Origin: Hormiphora californensis
Lineage: Eukaryota > Animalia > Ctenophora
DNA length: 64,000 nt
Assembly: GCA_020137815.1 (NCBI GenBank)
Contig: CM035362.1
Location: 1,612,001-1,676,000 of the forward strand
Reading direction: 5' to 3'
The translations under genes and the position numbers were made by a program. Positions 41,057-54,890 of the stretch are shown one piece after another. The notes beneath the pieces are model-generated. The model searched no databases. It worked only from the letters and a program-made list of their open reading frames with translations, and was not told the DNA's origin. The first letter of the stretch is position 1; the number at the start of each line of letters is the position of its first letter.

Positions 41057-44000
41057 AAGGAAAGAAGAGAAAAAGTACCAAAAAAAACTCATGTCTGACA
41101 AAAACACATCAAAATGGTGGCAAAGCTCCAAAACTACAACATCCCCTTTCGTAATGTGATTCGTTTTTCTCTCTCCTTTCTTCATGTCAATTCCAAACTC
41201 ATCATAATATGGTGGTGCAATATGTTCATTGTTGCAAAACGTCAATTGAGATGACGCTATGATTGAGTTGTTTAAATACCCCTCCCCCTTTTTTAGCTGA
41301 AGTTCATTTGCACTCTTTCTCGCACCAGCTGAGTTTCACTTCTTAGTTTGATTGTACTTTATAATCACACATCCAGATTTAGACTGCACTTAATTATCTA
41401 ACCACCCCCCTACAGCTGAGGGTGGGGGTGCAGAACATGTCTGAGAGAGGAGTTGTGTGAGATTTGTTCTGTACCTTGGTTTTAGAACATGCTAAGTCGA
41501 TCAGGCGATTCAACTATATACTTGTGACTTTTGTAATTGTCAGAGACATGAAGCGTGATCCGACTCAACAATGCAATTGCAATCCTATAATCAGTGTTCT
41601 ATAGAACATGCTGTCAGAGTTCAGACACAAGAATACTTTCTGGCCTACTATATATAGTAGGCCAGAAAGTATTATTGTGTCTGAACTCTGACAGCATGTT
41701 CTGATCCGAGTAAGATCTTCAACAAGTGAGATCTAAGATGAGTGAATGCTCACTGATATGATCCCACAAAAGTCAGATCTTCATTAGATAATGATGATAC
41801 TTTTTGTTGGCTGATGTCCAGTACGATAATCAGTAATCACCTCACTATAGCTAAGCTTGTTCATATTGTTCATCATTTCTTTGTCTAATACACCAGATCG
41901 CAGAACAAAGGTGGTATTATACTGCAGAATTATATACTGTGATAAATATTAGGTCGAGTTCCATAAAGAATTTCGTGTCCCGGTATTTTCGAAAGTACTC
42001 AAGATATTCACATATATAGACCCTTTTCTAATACAATCTGCACTGATATAGCGTTATCGCCACTTCTGTGAAGAAGGTATCACAGCTTCTATATCTAATA
42101 GAAAGATAAATTGTAGAGTAAGTAACTCTACAATTCATCGTTATACCAGACAGAGATGAGTGATTGATCATTGGGCCTGAGAATATTTCTCTCAGTTTTA
42201 TGTATTATGCGAAACATACTGGCTCGCAATATGATTAGCTTATCCATGATATGGTCTTTTACAAACACAGCTTCTGTGAAAGAACACTATATGTGCCAGA
42301 TAATAATATGATCAATACCAGGAAAGTTTTATCAGTTCCAAGAAGTGGGTTTAATGTATTATCTGGACTTTGCCGGATTGGTAAGGTGGTGAGGTAAAAG
42401 GGATACATACACTCACCATTTATTAGTCATTGCACACCATCTATCAATCTCTATCTCTCTATTTTATCTCTCCATCCCTCTACCTCTCCCTTTACCTCTC
42501 TATCTGCCTATCCATCTATATAATCCCTCTATCTACCTATCTCTCCAGCTCCCTCTCTCTCCAGCTGATCCCTCTATCTTGCGATGAATCCGCTCAATGA
42601 GCACTATAATATCTATCGCGTAGTACTGCTGCACTATCGCCAGTATAACACTGATCCTTATTACGCTTTGTGCTGCATGTCGAGTGAAGCTGCTACGGCC
42701 ATCTATTATACTGCACTGCAGAGCAACCATGTACTGTTATAGTGATGCTGCAGTTGATGATAAAGTGGTCGAATGGTTTATATAGATTATAGATTGGAAG
42801 ATTATGTAATGCGGAACACAGTGTCAGGCGACTCAATGTAATGCAGTGATGCGACGATGCGTTATCAAACTATCTAGTTCTCTCTGCATTACAAGTGCTC
42901 GATTGGTTGAGGGGGGGGGGGACTCATGTATCTTACTAAGTACCTGATTGGTTGAGGGAAAGGAGTGGTCAGAAGATCTCCCCCCATATGATCTTCCTTT
43001 ACCGTTTATATAGTTACATGGTGTGCAGTATTGATACCTTATTCTTCCACCATGCCCCCCTCCCCCCCCCCTAGTATCACCTACTTTATACCTGTTACCA
43101 CCACCACTAGTACTACCAGTTCTCTCTCTCCCCTGACCCCCACACTACCAGTACTAGTACCGCGTTCATAGTTCTGACATGTGGTAATGGCTTTATTGGG
43201 CGAGTTATTGATCCAGTAGAGACATTAAATTATTACATGTATTGGTTTACATCGATCTATTGCTTATAGGTCCCTGGCCCTGGCCCCCGCTCAAACTGTC
43301 ATATATGACAGGGCCAGGGACCTATAAGCAATGAATATATGTAGGCCGGGTGGTCTTATAATATAGTTAGTAGCTGCCTTCTCTTTACTTGTCATTTTGG
43401 AATTTGAAATGTCTAACAGTTGATAAAGCATTATTCTTACTGACAACTTTCCTTTCTCTCATATCATATTATGTTGATTTGTAAATGTCACCTTCTTATA
43501 TTTGCGACTAGCAAACACGACATGCAGATAATGTATTACAGCTGTTCCCAGGACAATATATTCATCCTTTGAGACGCTCACAATCTAAACACACTATATA
43601 TCCCTGCATTTTAGCATGTTCCTCTACAATATCAACACAGACTCGATAGTGAGTAAGACCAATGTGAGTGAGATAGTGGGTATCAGTGGTACTGGATATA
43701 TCCTCATTTCTCTCATCAACATTGGGATCTTCTTGTGCGGGCTAATAGGTAATATATTGTGTGTGTGTGTCAGCTGTGATATACCCACGACCCCGTGCTA
43801 TAATTGTGAACACGTGGTTTAGCGAAACAAACTTTATGACCCATGGCAACCATATCAAATCAAATCAAAACGTGGTTTATTGAATCTGTATGTGGTTTAT
43901 TTAAACTTTATATACCAAGATATGACTAATGAGATAAGAATGTAACACCCATACTATCTTTCAACAACTCTTCTTGATTTCAGGAAATGTGTTGGTGGTC

Positions 44001-47000
44001 TACGGATGTCGAAAGAACAACATATTCAAGATGATGGAGCCCCTAACTGGGTTGTGTCTGGAAACCATTGCCATAGCGGATATACTGATAATACTAATGT
44101 TCTTCGTACCAATGTACTTCACCCTGTTGGGAAATAGGTGGATCATGGGGATACCACTCTGTTGGATCATAGGTAGGTGCAGGATCTACATGCTAGCATG
44201 CTAGAACCAGAACAACACTTGTTTGAACCTCTGATCTCTGTTTTGTTCACAATCCGACTGTTCACTATTTACCTAAATGTTTACTTTTTCCATCAGGCCA
44301 GTTCCGACCAGTCCCTCTCTACACGGAGATCATAGTGACTGCTGTTATGTCAGTTAACAGGGCCATAATACTGAAGAAACGACAACCAAAGTCGGCTCTG
44401 GCAAACTCCAAAGATTGGACATCTGGGGTCATAAGGTAAGTAATCAATATTTTCCTTTTTCCACCTTCTCTCTGCTTGGGGCATAACCCATCAATCTCCG
44501 TACTAAGATTCTGTTCTCATGTGAAGTTTCACTCAAATCTTCGATTGCGAAATTAAAAATTGAAATTATAGCGAATTTTGCTTGGGGTTAAATTGTTTCA
44601 CGTCAATTTCCCCGAATCTCACTAACAACTTCCCCTCTCCAGGATAGTCCCAATTCTGGGAAGTTTCCTCCTCGGCTCCGTCCCCTCAATCATATTCTTC
44701 TTCCTGGAAAGCGAGGCATACTTCGAGGCATACTTCATGTCTTGTGTCACTACCAAGTACACTAACTCGGACCTTGGGTTCCTGAACACACTGATAATGG
44801 TTCTGTTTGTACTGATTCCTGTAGCTATCATCATCATCTCTAACAGCTATATTCTTGGTAAGAGGGATGGGGGATTGATATTTTCTCAGGGATCGCTTTC
44901 CTTTTTGCTGTATAACTACACCGTCTCAAGTCAATTTGTTGTTACTCAACAAGTCAATTTCTTATCACTCAACAAGTCTCAATCATACTATCATCTATCC
45001 ATCTTTAACATTCTTTAACAATCTTCGTTATTCAGCTTCTCGATCTCTTTCTAACACCACATCGTCCCCGGCAACATTCCAACATCATCATCTCTCTTTC
45101 TAGGTACGGTAATAAGATCAAACTCCAGAACAAGAACTAGGACAACCAAAACAGTTACCATCATCCTCCTAGTATCCTGGATATTCGTCATCTCCTACTC
45201 TCCCTTCCCCCTCTTCACCGCCCTGGAATATTATAAGATCACTAACGCCCCCTGGATAGGGATCCTATCCCTCTACCTCTCCTCCGCCAACCTCATCATC
45301 AACCCATTCGTGTATTTCTTTGTGTGCCCAAGGTTCAGGGGTATGTTTAGTTGGACGGGTGTTCCTAGTACCAATACACGACATGTGGGCCACTTTCTCA
45401 GTCACACAGATGCGGGCACGGGGGTGCTGCTGAGTAGGCCGGTTAGTGCACTGCAGCTGAGTGTGGTGAACCAGGGACATTCGACCAGTTCACTAGGGCC
45501 AGGGAGGATCAAGCAGAGAAGTATCAGTGTGTTTTAGACATCTATAGATCTAGGAGTATCAAACTATTTTAATTAGAGATCTAGGAATATCAAACTATTT
45601 TAGACTCGGATTCTAGGAGTACCAGTACAGCATGCATTAGATAAGAGATCTAAATTAGGACTTGACCCGATCTGGGACTATACCTAATGTGATTCTGGTT
45701 GGACTAAATTTGTTTTGTTTGCGCTGGATAAATGTTCATTTTTAGACAATTACTGGACCCAGGAAGTGGATAATCAGAGCCCGGAGGATGAGTGATCTGT
45801 TTTTTTTGATGTGATATTTCGTTTTGTTTGTGTATAATTTCCTTTCTCAACTTCAACAGAAGCTCTTCGACGAAACTGTTAAATATTTTGACTGAGAAAA
45901 ATTGCCTATACTATAATGCCACCCCTTACTCAACAAATAATGCCATGAGTCATGTCTCGCCGGTCTGACAACGTCCCAGGTAGTTTAAGTGACAAACGTC
46001 ACGAGGAAATAAACCAAGAAGTTAAAGACCTACAGAGACCTGCTATACAGCAAGTATATACTTATATTCTAGTTTGTTGCCCCTTCCCCGGCCCCACCCC
46101 ACGCAAGGCACCTCTCCAACCCCCCTCCCCCCCCGATGTTGTACCAACCACCCCCCTTTTGTCCCCCAGTGTTACCCCCTCTTACCTGCTGGGAGGTGGT
46201 TGAGTGGATAGTAGCCTCCACGAAAACCCTGCTCTGCCCGCTAGGGTATGATAAGTCCAGTAGATCACTCCATAACACTTGATCTCCCTCTTCCCCCACA
46301 CCCACATAGGCCTGGCCTGGTAGGAAGGGGTTGATATTGAATAACGTGGGAGAAATAGGGGGGGGGGGGGCCAACGCTCATTTTTTATATATTTTTATAT
46401 ATTTTATATACCTTTTTTTTGGAAAAAAAAAACATAATTTTTATATATATATAAAATATATAAAAATATATAAAAATACATATGAATATATAAAAATATA
46501 TAAAAATATATAAAAAATATATAAAAGTATATAAAAAATTGTGCCGAAAGTGTGAAAACAGAAAGCTGTTTTTCGCCATAGCGGGATCAAATATCATTCA
46601 ATTGATCTCAAACTTGGTCAGCATCTTCATCTAGATAATCCTGATGATTTTCCGTCATCAATGTGACGTTTGTAACATCGTGACGTCGCGTCAATAACTT
46701 CATGACGTCAAAATGACGTCAAAAATTATTTGTTTTTTTAGTTTCGCGATCCCAACCTCTCTTCACCAGTTCTAGTACATATTCACGGATCAACATACAA
46801 AAAATGATTTAAATCACACCAAAACTGGTAGATATTATTAGGCCGGAACCTCTCTTCACCAGTTCTACTTTTGACAGTGCATAATTCACTTTTGAACACA
46901 TTCTCAATTATGTAAAACAGCTATCACCCTCTCAAACACTTAAATTAACTCTATGAAACATATTCAAGTGAACAATAGATGGAAATAATCCCCTTTTTTG

Positions 47001-50000
47001 AAAGTAAAAGGGGTGAAAAAAGGGTTTATTTTATATATTTTTATATATTTTTATATATTATATTGTAACTTTATATATTTTTATATATTTTTATATATTT
47101 TTATATATTTTTATATATTTTTATATATATATAAAAAATTCCAAAATTAAGGAAATACAGTCGGACCCCGATTTAGGGACCCCCGATTTAGGGACACCCC
47201 GATTTAGGGACAGGATTTTTTTCCCCCAAAAATTTTTGAATTTTTTTGGGAAATTTTTTGTGAACTTTTTCAAAAAGATTCCAGCCATGTCCGAATCGTG
47301 TTTCTAATCGGTGCATCTTATCGCATGTCCTTCTGCTAATTAGACGGTTCGGAACGAACCGACACGTGATCCCCATAGTGCCCATTGAATCACAAGTTCA
47401 CCAAGGTCCAAGCGTCAAAATTTCGATTCGATGGGGATCACGTTTCGATTCGTTCCGTCTAATTAGCAGCAGGACATGCGATAAGATGCACCGATTCGAA
47501 ACACGTGGCTGGTATACCTTTAAAAAATTTTATAACTTTTTTGCAAAATTTTACAGTACGATTGTCAATGCTTTGATCGGTGCTCCCCATAAATTTTGAG
47601 AGAAAAAGTTATTTTGAAATTTTTACACATACTTCCTCACCCGCTTAGGGTGCCCCGATTCGGTATGGTATCACGTATCGGTTCGTTTTGAACCCGCTAA
47701 TTAGACAGGATATCCAGTAAGTTGCACCGATTCGAAATACAAACCGGACGGGCTGGTATAACTTAGAAAATTTTCCACTTTTTTTTGAAAAAGAATTATT
47801 TTATATTTTTCTTTTTCTAATCAGTAATGATCATGTCATCAATACATGAATATTGCATATAACAGTTAGAGGTGTCTTTAGTCTTAATAATATAGCATTT
47901 TGGGCAATAAAATAGGTTTCTTGGGTCAAATATGGCTCACCCCGATTTAGTGGACACCCCGATTTAGTGGACAAGACCCTTTCCCCCGAGGGTGTCCCTA
48001 AATCGGGGTCCGACTGTATATAAAAAATTCGTTGGCCCCCCCCCCCCCCCGAGAAATACAAACACACGTGACATTCAGTACTGCAATTCAGTACCATGTT
48101 TATATTGCTAACTGCTGTTATTAGGCAATGTACGTGAGACTGAATCTGAGCTGCTACGATACAGCACCATACAGGTATACATGAAGGGGGGTATACATGG
48201 GGGGTTAATATGTTCTAACCCTCCCTTTCCATTTGGGGCGCCCGAAACACCAGGCAATGGGGGTTTATACCTTTGAAGTTGAAGACAGCAGATTCACTGA
48301 AGGGTGGTACTACGGTGGCAGGTGTACCGCTCTGTCCAGATCTCACACTGATTCTCAGACTTGTCTCATTCTGAACCACACAACTCGGCCACCACTCCAG
48401 AACCAGCTACAAGATAAGATTAGGGTTATAGGATTAGGATTAGGACAGGAATTAGTAAGGGGGTTGGGAGACAGTTTTGAACTCTTTAAAATGGACCCGA
48501 TCAAAGGGCACTGTCGGGAGACAAGGTGTCTCTCGTTTTGAAGTCTAAGCACACTGTCGGGACCAGACACAACAAGAATCTCTGTACTTACAGAGTGAGA
48601 TGGTGTTTGAGATAGTTGGAGTTCCCCTTCTAAACTCCACTCAGTATGTGTAGGATGGGGTATCAGTACACTCCTTATCTCCTTCCCCTCCACACTGAAA
48701 GGAGTAGCATATATTAGTGTTTTAGTAAACTAGTAATTCTGTGTGAGTTTCAACGTTTCATCAATGCCATTAATATGGAACGCATCATGTGACCAGTTTC
48801 TAACACACGGGGAGAAAGGGTTGAAGCTAGGAGACCAGCAGGAACCGACCGAAACAAGTAAACAACCAATCAGAACTTGTTATTTAGGTCACGTGACTGG
48901 TTATCAGCCAATCAGGGACCAGTATTTCCTGATTCGGTCGGTTCCTGGTTGAAGCTAGGAGATCAGTGTATTCCAGTACCTGTTAAATAGTTGTCCAGGC
49001 CACTCCACCTCTACAGACCCATCTTCCTCTTTCTCAACAGGCTGATGATTCACACTGCTCCCATATTGTACAGAGGACACTGGCATGGACAGGGGTAGAG
49101 ATGCACTGAGAGGGTGATTAATAGTGAGTACTGAGAGAGTGATTAATAGTGATTAATAGTGAGGGGTGATTAATAGTGAGTACTGAGAGGGTGATTAATA
49201 GTAGTACTGAGAGGGTGATTAATAGTGAGTACTGGGAGGGTGATTAATAGTGAGTACAGGGAGGGTGATTAATAGTGAGTACAGGGAGGGTGAAATGTGT
49301 GTTCAGTTTAGGGACCCTGTTCGGTGGGTTGGAGGAATGGCCATTGTCCAACAGGGTCATTTATCCCCCATTAAATGACCCTGTTGGACATTGGAATGCC
49401 ATAAAAAGCACCACTAATATCTGCTTTACTTACTCAAGCTTACATCCGATATTATGAAATGAGTTATGATCAAAGTCGTATACATCGCATCTCCCTCCCT
49501 TCGCTGCCAGATTATACACCTACAGAGGTAAAAATAATAAATATGCCCCAAATATGCATATACAGTCGGACCCCGATTTAGTGGCATCCTCGGGGGAAAA
49601 AAATCCTGCCACTAAATCGGGGTGCCACTAAATCGGGTTCAAATAATGTTAATTTTCGTATATCGGGGAAAAAAATCCTGCCACTAAATCGGGGTGCCAC
49701 TAAATCGGGGGGCCACTAAATCGGGATCCGACTGTATAATCCAAACAGGGTCAATATTCAGACCTTCAAATGATCTGACTTACCTTGCCCAGAGCCTGGC
49801 TTGGAGAATTGATGGATACTAACAGGTCCGTCGCAAAGTTATTCCGTAGAATAAATAGAGGATTGAGGGTCACTGAAACGATTACAGTTGGAATTTTTGG
49901 AATTGTTGAAAATATCAGATTATCAAATTCCTACAAAATAAATGGCTTCGTATGCCTCCAATATTTTAACACTGTGTTTTAATATCCCAAGTAAAGCCAT

Positions 50001-51913
50001 GATATCTATGTATGTATAACGTATTACGTTACTTACCGGTAATGTGGTGGGCTTTGTGGGTTATGTTTACCAGGACATGACAGGTAGGAGATATGGAGAC
50101 AGGAAAGGTACTCAACATCTCCTTATGTACCCTGGAAATGGGAAATGAGTGGTGGTTAGCGGGGTGTTATTGGGATGTTAGCGGGAATATTATTTATACG
50201 ACAAAATATTTTCTCAATATCGAGCGTCAATTAGTGTCGGTGTACCAAACGACATCAAGATGCATTTCAAAGTCTCTCAAACCTGATGGGTGATGACCAG
50301 GTTGTGTTGTTAGAAGCCCCCTCACTGGTCAGGGTGAAGCTCATAGCGTGCTGCCCACTTCCCAGGATGAAAGTCCTCTCAGGAGGGGTATCATGGCCTG
50401 CTGAGGGTGGTAACTCCTGGACCTGCAGGTAGGAATTAGCCGGGATTAGGGAACAATTAGGGGACTAATTAGTTCTTTGGGCTCTTTTTAATTAAATAGT
50501 TACTCAAGTATGCACTACATGCTGGAATTTATCTCAACCCCAACTTTCAAGATTTAGTTATCTCTCTATGTATTATACCTTGAGAAGGGTGGTGTTGTTA
50601 GTGGTACCGGGAAGGGGATCCAGAGGTAGGAAGCTGGCCAGGAGACTGAGCTGGGTCCTATTTACAACACGGACCTTCCCTGAAATGAACAGAAAAAGTT
50701 AATTAATTAACTAAATTAACTAGTTAATTAATCAGCTGATTCATTACACTGTACGCAGATTTGTGGGGATTTATTCAGTTTTTATACCCGTGATGACAAT
50801 GGTTGTTTTCCCGTTACTTCCCTTCTCCACCACTAAGAACACTCCCCCGTCTTCAATCACACTGCCCTCACCTAGACCTGAATAGTGAATAAGTATAGTA
50901 GTATCAGACAGTAGAAGCAGCTCAAGAAAATCTAATAATGAGTAGAAGATTGATCGATTAACTTGGAGCTTTTACTGGTGACGCAGTAACCCCTCCACTA
51001 TAAGGATAAGAGGGGATGACATCATGAGAGGGTACATGACATCACCTGAAGGGCTATTATACAACTTACTAAGTGGTTGCGACCAGGAGGGGTGTATTGT
51101 TTGCAGAGCTACAAAGACCGGGTGAGAGGGGTCCCAGAAACAGGGAACCACTGTCAGACCGGGACAACTGACGTACCGTGAACCGTTCTGAAAGGGGGTA
51201 GGAGGGAGTTAGAATGGGGGATAGAGGGGGGGGGGGCGTTAGAATGGGGGAAGAGGGGGAGTTGGAAACAGGGAACCACTGTCAGATCAGGGCAACTGAC
51301 GTACCGTGAACCGTTCTGAGAGGGGGGGGGGAGTTAGAGAGGGGATATAAGGGGCGTCAGAGGTGTGATAGCCAACACCTAGTTGTATCAACAAATTCCT
51401 CCATAGTAGCCCATACAACGAGCATCGTAATAATTCGTGTCCTCATTTTTGTTACGAATATGATAAATATTTTGCTAGTTTACTTAGTAACTCACAATCA
51501 TAAGTTGGGCATGGTAGGGTGTCTCGTTCCGGATCACTGTCTCATAAGGACAGAACGAGGAAGAGGGAGGAGCTGCTGCCCCAGGATGTTGATATAGCGG
51601 TGATAGCAGCAACGAGGGGTGGTAGAGAAGGAAAGGGTGGTCTGGGAGGATGAGAAGGAGAGGTTCCTCCCCGGTCCTTACATCTGGGGGATTTAGGTTT
51701 TAGTGTACATATTGGAAGATTATTTCGGTAATTAATTAAAAACTACTTAATTACTAATTAGTAATTACCTGAAAGTAGGTTCACATTTTGGGGGACACCC
51801 AGTATATCCTTGGGGTTAATGTCAGATAGGATGACGTGGAATGAAGACTGAAGACACTTGGTGTACAGGAGTTTCGAGTAGTCCAGATAGGACACAGCCA
51901 CTGAACCTGCTAC
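30586..51913 (-). CDS. VPS13B: VPS13B-like lipid transfer protein, 3' portion, many exons
   Basis: Exons encode 'AGWALASLDILGSPSFMIR', 'VRDLVNLPYDGLTRGPTAFVSGLAAGSASLARNI', 'TSVTNLAVSISRNMDRLSLD', 'KGVSKGLVGVVTKPI' and 'GGAAELLANTGEGLLTGAGW', matching the VPS13B C-terminal region as recalled. TAG at 30586-30588. About 12 further minus-strand exons at 46187-51913 are assigned by position and strand. No start codon seen. Confidence 0.85.
32187..33463. mobile_element. 1277-bp foldback element, Kolobok-like termini
   Basis: TTAA|GGGTACACCTCGGC...GCCGAGGTGTACCC|TTAA; ~625-bp arms with few mismatches; inside a VPS13B intron. Confidence 0.88.
38225..41060. other. Degenerate CT/GA-rich low-quality sequence around a 100-N gap (39629-39728)
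   Basis: Scrambled (CT)n and homopolymer-rich text on both sides of the N run. Confidence 0.85.
41603..41702. repeat. 100-bp near-perfect hairpin
   Basis: AGAACATGCTGTCAGAGTTCAGACACAA...CTACTATATATAGTAG...TTGTGTCTGAACTCTGACAGCATGTTCT. Confidence 0.9.
43616..45537 (+). CDS. Rhodopsin-family (class A) orphan GPCR, 5 exons
   Basis: Exons ~43616-43749, 43984-44172, 44297-44434, 44643-44857 and 45104-45537. Motifs: TM1 GN, TM2 IAIAD, ECL1 W..G..LC, TM3 SVNRA, TM5 LIP, TM6 SYSP, TM7 NPFVY. Confidence 0.88.
46358..48050. mobile_element. TIR element with G-run termini and AT-rich subterminal repeats (possibly hAT-like)
   Basis: GnCCAACG ... CGTTGGCn; 8-bp TSD GAGAAATA at 46350-46357 and 48051-48058. 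Confidence 0.75.
47158..48016. mobile_element. Tc1/pogo-like MITE (CAGTCGGACCCCG family), long copy
   Basis: TA|CAGTCGGACCCCGATTTAGG ... CCTAAATCGGGGTCCGACTG|TA. Confidence 0.85.
48839..48947. mobile_element. 109-bp MITE of the CAGGAA(G/C)CGACCGAA family
   Basis: TIR CAGGAACCGACCGAA / TTCGGTCGGTTCCTG, nearly identical to that of 14579-15912. Confidence 0.8.
49105..49292. repeat. ~25-bp tandem repeat beginning at a VPS13B acceptor
   Basis: ACTGAGAGGGTGATTAATAGTGAGT, about 7 copies. Confidence 0.9.
49563..49734. mobile_element. Tc1/pogo-like MITE, 172-bp copy
   Basis: TA|CAGTCGGACCCCG...CGGGATCCGACTG|TA. Degenerate relatives at ~37748-37860, 55757-55855 and 57837-58079. Confidence 0.85.
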
Positions 51914-52737
51914 CTGTGAAAACATGTTCGGTTACGGGTGTGGGTCTAATGTAATATGATGAATGAATTTAGTTTAGAGATTTTTGGATCACCAATAAAA
52001 TCAGTGAATAGGGTTTCCGGGGGGTTTCCGATAAAATTTCCCCTTTTTTTGGTCTGCCATAATATTTGGATCATCCGATGTATTGCACAAAATATGTAAA
52101 CCTAATAGATAGTCTGCAGAAAGGGATCTGCAGAAAGAGGTCTATAAAGAAAATAAAGATTAAGGATCGGGTATTAGGGGAAGAAGGAAGTCTCTTCAAT
52201 AAGGGGAAAGAGACAGAAAGATGAGGCGATTCCTTGCTTATAGCTAAGGAATCTTTATGTCTCTTTCTACTTAGTAACGGTCATATAAATGGTCGACTCA
52301 CGACTATTATATATTCCAATTGGTAAACTGCACAGCTGTGTCTCAGTCTCCTACCAAAGCTCTGCAATGCACTTTGTAGATCATAGTATTATGTGCCCTA
52401 TTATTCCAGTCATTTTCTTGCCTTGCTCGATCGACTCTCCCTCACTCTCACTACGCTCCGTAAAAGAAGGGTTAGAACTCAAAATTCATTTTCCTATCAG
52501 TTGGGTTCGCTCTTTGTGAATTCACTTTGTAGCTAGATAAAAAAAACTTCAGTTTTAGGGTCCCTTTAGGTTTAGGTTCCCTCGACTCTTCGGTGATATA
52601 AGTCTAAGATTATTTATTGTCTACAGTTTAGACCCAAAACAACAATCATTCTTTGTTTCCTTTTTTCTCCTCTCCATCTATTTAGGATTATACTCAATCC
52701 CTATCTGTCTGTTTATTAGCAGCTATATTGGGATAAT

Positions 52738-52859
<122 letters not shown>

Positions 52860-53064
52860 TAGAGAGAGAGAAAGATGGTGAAGTGCTTCTGATGGCACTC
52901 ATGATGTCCAGTTATCATATACTTAAACAAAAGGTCCACAACTAAATAATACTGCACAGTTATATATTCTCTGTGGACTAGGATAATGAAGAGGACTTAC
53001 TACGGTTATTATCAAACAGTACAGAGAGAAAAAACATAGTGAGAGGGAGAGAGAGAGAGAGAGG

Positions 53065-53231
<167 letters not shown>

Positions 53232-53630
53232 GAGGCGCATACAAATCCATAGAGATTAAGATGGAGAGAGGTCATCATCAGTGAGTGAGAGTGATGATAC
53301 TTAAAACGGTCACAGTTTATTAAAACAGTAAAAATTTGACTATAAATTGCTAGCACTGCAATTACTTGCATTTCCGTTATCGTTTCCAATTCATCCAACT
53401 TTAGAGAGAGCTAATATTGAGCTGTATGTTCCTTGTCACGATTGTCTAGTTCTGAATCTCTGTCTGACCACTGACCATGGCTACTATTTTAGGGACATGG
53501 AACTATTTTAGGGACAAGTTCTTTTTTATTATCTTTGTGCTGTTCACCAAATCCTGAATATTCGGTATCTGAATTAGTAGCTGTCTACCGTTGTCGCCTG
53601 TTAGAGCATATATTTAGCCTGACAGGTCTA

Positions 53631-53900
53631 CCGGGGGGATTAAGACAGACCGGGGGATGAAGACAAACCGGGGGATGAAGACAGACCGGGGGATGAAGAC
53701 AGACCGGGGGATGAAGACAGACCGGGGGATGAAGACAGACTGGGGGATGAAGACAGACTGGGGGATGAAGACAGACTGGGGGATGAAGACAGACCGGGGG
53801 ATGAAGACAGATTGGGGGATGAAGACAGACTGGGGTATGAAGACAGACTGGGGGATGAAGACAGACTGGGGGATGAAGACAGACCGGGGGATGAAGACAG
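53631..53900. repeat. 18-bp minisatellite, about 15 copies
   Basis: CYGGGGGATGAAGACAGA repeated. Confidence 0.95.
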
Positions 53901-54069
53901 CTCTGTACCTTGTATGAGCTATTCCAGGCATTGGACTAAACCGTCGACCATTTTACATAGAGACCTCCAATACCAACCCGCACGCTGCCCTCTCTCTCTT
54001 TCGCTCTCTCTACTCCCTCTCCATTAAAACCCCAACACGTGCAACTCTGCAGCGAAAAAGTAGAGTTAA

Positions 54070-54134
<65 letters not shown>

Positions 54135-54774
54135 ACAGTTCTATTTGTACAGTGCACGCACTCCCCGGAAGCACCAGTGAACTTTTTGTATTCAGATCTC
54201 CATGACATGTCAATTCGAATTACACACTTGGATCGTCTTGCGGTATAGGGGGGGGGGGTAGCTTACGGCGCTAACCAAGGGAGGGATCATGAACTTTTCT
54301 AAACCAGGTCATTCCAAGTTGTATAATGACTGCACTGCCGTGGATCTGTCGCCGCATTAGTTTAGTTGTAATACACATACTTTATTGCATTAATTTGCAT
54401 TTGTGCTACAACATGGTGTTGTTACGTGGATTATAATTGGGCATCATTACCAGCACTTCCAATTACCCAATTTGCAGTGCTGAGTATGATCACTTGTATT
54501 TTTCCTGTACACCTGCTGTAGCAAATATAGTGTGTGTTAGTGTGTGAACTATGCCTCGATCTACTATTTTAATGCAGCTGTTATACTTGTCTGATCTTAA
54601 CTTTAGCGCGTTTTGATGTACCTCTTTCTCTGTTTATCAGTAGAAAACTCTTTGTTGAAGATTTGTCTCTCTCTCTCTCTCTGTCTTCTCAAACTCGTTA
54701 TGTCTGTATCTATTCTCTCTTCACCGATTTGTATATCACTTCCTCCCGCACGTACCTGTCTCTCTCTCTCTCTC

Positions 54775-54890
<116 letters not shown>

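Noticed and set aside
43616-45537. Opsin
   Set aside because: Ser, not Lys, at the position six residues before the TM7 NP.
53614-54027. Repeat-protein ORFs (MKTDRG)n
   Set aside because: 18-bp minisatellite with no supporting splice structure.
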